A DNA stretch of 64,000 bases from a virus (taxonomy: Duplodnaviria > Caudoviricetes). This document shows, one piece after another, positions 63,860-64,000 of the stretch. How positions within the stretch are numbered: the stretch's first letter is position 1; the number at the start of each line of letters is the position of its first letter. A program made the translations under genes and the position numbers. The notes under the pieces are model-generated. The model saw only the letters and a program-made list of their open reading frames with translations. It did not search any database and was not told where the DNA came from. The stretch spans positions 1 through 64,000 of the IMG/VR virus record IMGVR_UViG_3300043447_000710. One strand, written 5' to 3'.

Positions 63860-64000
63860 AGGATACCTATTGAAGTTGTCCTAAAGCTAATCGATAAAAT
63901 TTCTATAAGACGCGCTAGTTGCAAAACTGTTCCTGCTGGCGATTAAAGTTAAGGGAAAAGTTCGCCCCATCTATGCTTTTGTCCGCCGTGGGCGTTTATA

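Overview
This window is a segment of a large contractile-tailed (myovirus-type) phage genome. The host is probably cyanobacterial, inferred from cyanobacterial-style TnpB/IscB and amidase sequences and frequent CGATCG/HIP1-like sites. Left part (1-16.3 kb, minus strand): an 'early' array in which 18 copies of a fixed-spacing hairpin element (hairpin GGAAG..CTTCC, then TTTTT-ATR-N7-ACCRC) each precede essentially one ORF. The cargo includes a ~1,950-aa single-chain two-barrel RNA polymerase (NFGDLDGD), two paralogous proteins with C-terminal DEI tails on either side of it, an AcrIII-1/DUF1874 ring nuclease and a 2H-phosphoesterase-like protein. Middle (16.6-37.8 kb, minus strand): PAAR, LamG, cadherin and Ig-like tail proteins, a DEDDh exoribonuclease and a 3,488-aa protein with a second RNAP active site (GGDFDGD) and a DEDDh exonuclease inserted between its two barrel motifs. 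This is a candidate virion RNAP, possibly fused to the tape measure. Right (37.8-61.4 kb, plus strand): tail assembly chaperone with an A_AAA_AAG -1 frameshift, portal, protease, major capsid, neck, sheath, tube, M23-containing baseplate hub, spike and amidase endolysin. Mobile DNA comprises a truncated IscB with its omegaRNA, an intact IS605-type tnpB element, and an IS607-type tnpB remnant whose end abuts a tRNA/tmRNA-like 3' end. The leading hypothesis is a phage-encoded two-polymerase transcription system driving a modular, hairpin-punctuated anti-defence cassette array. All calls come from motif reading by eye; no database searches were run.
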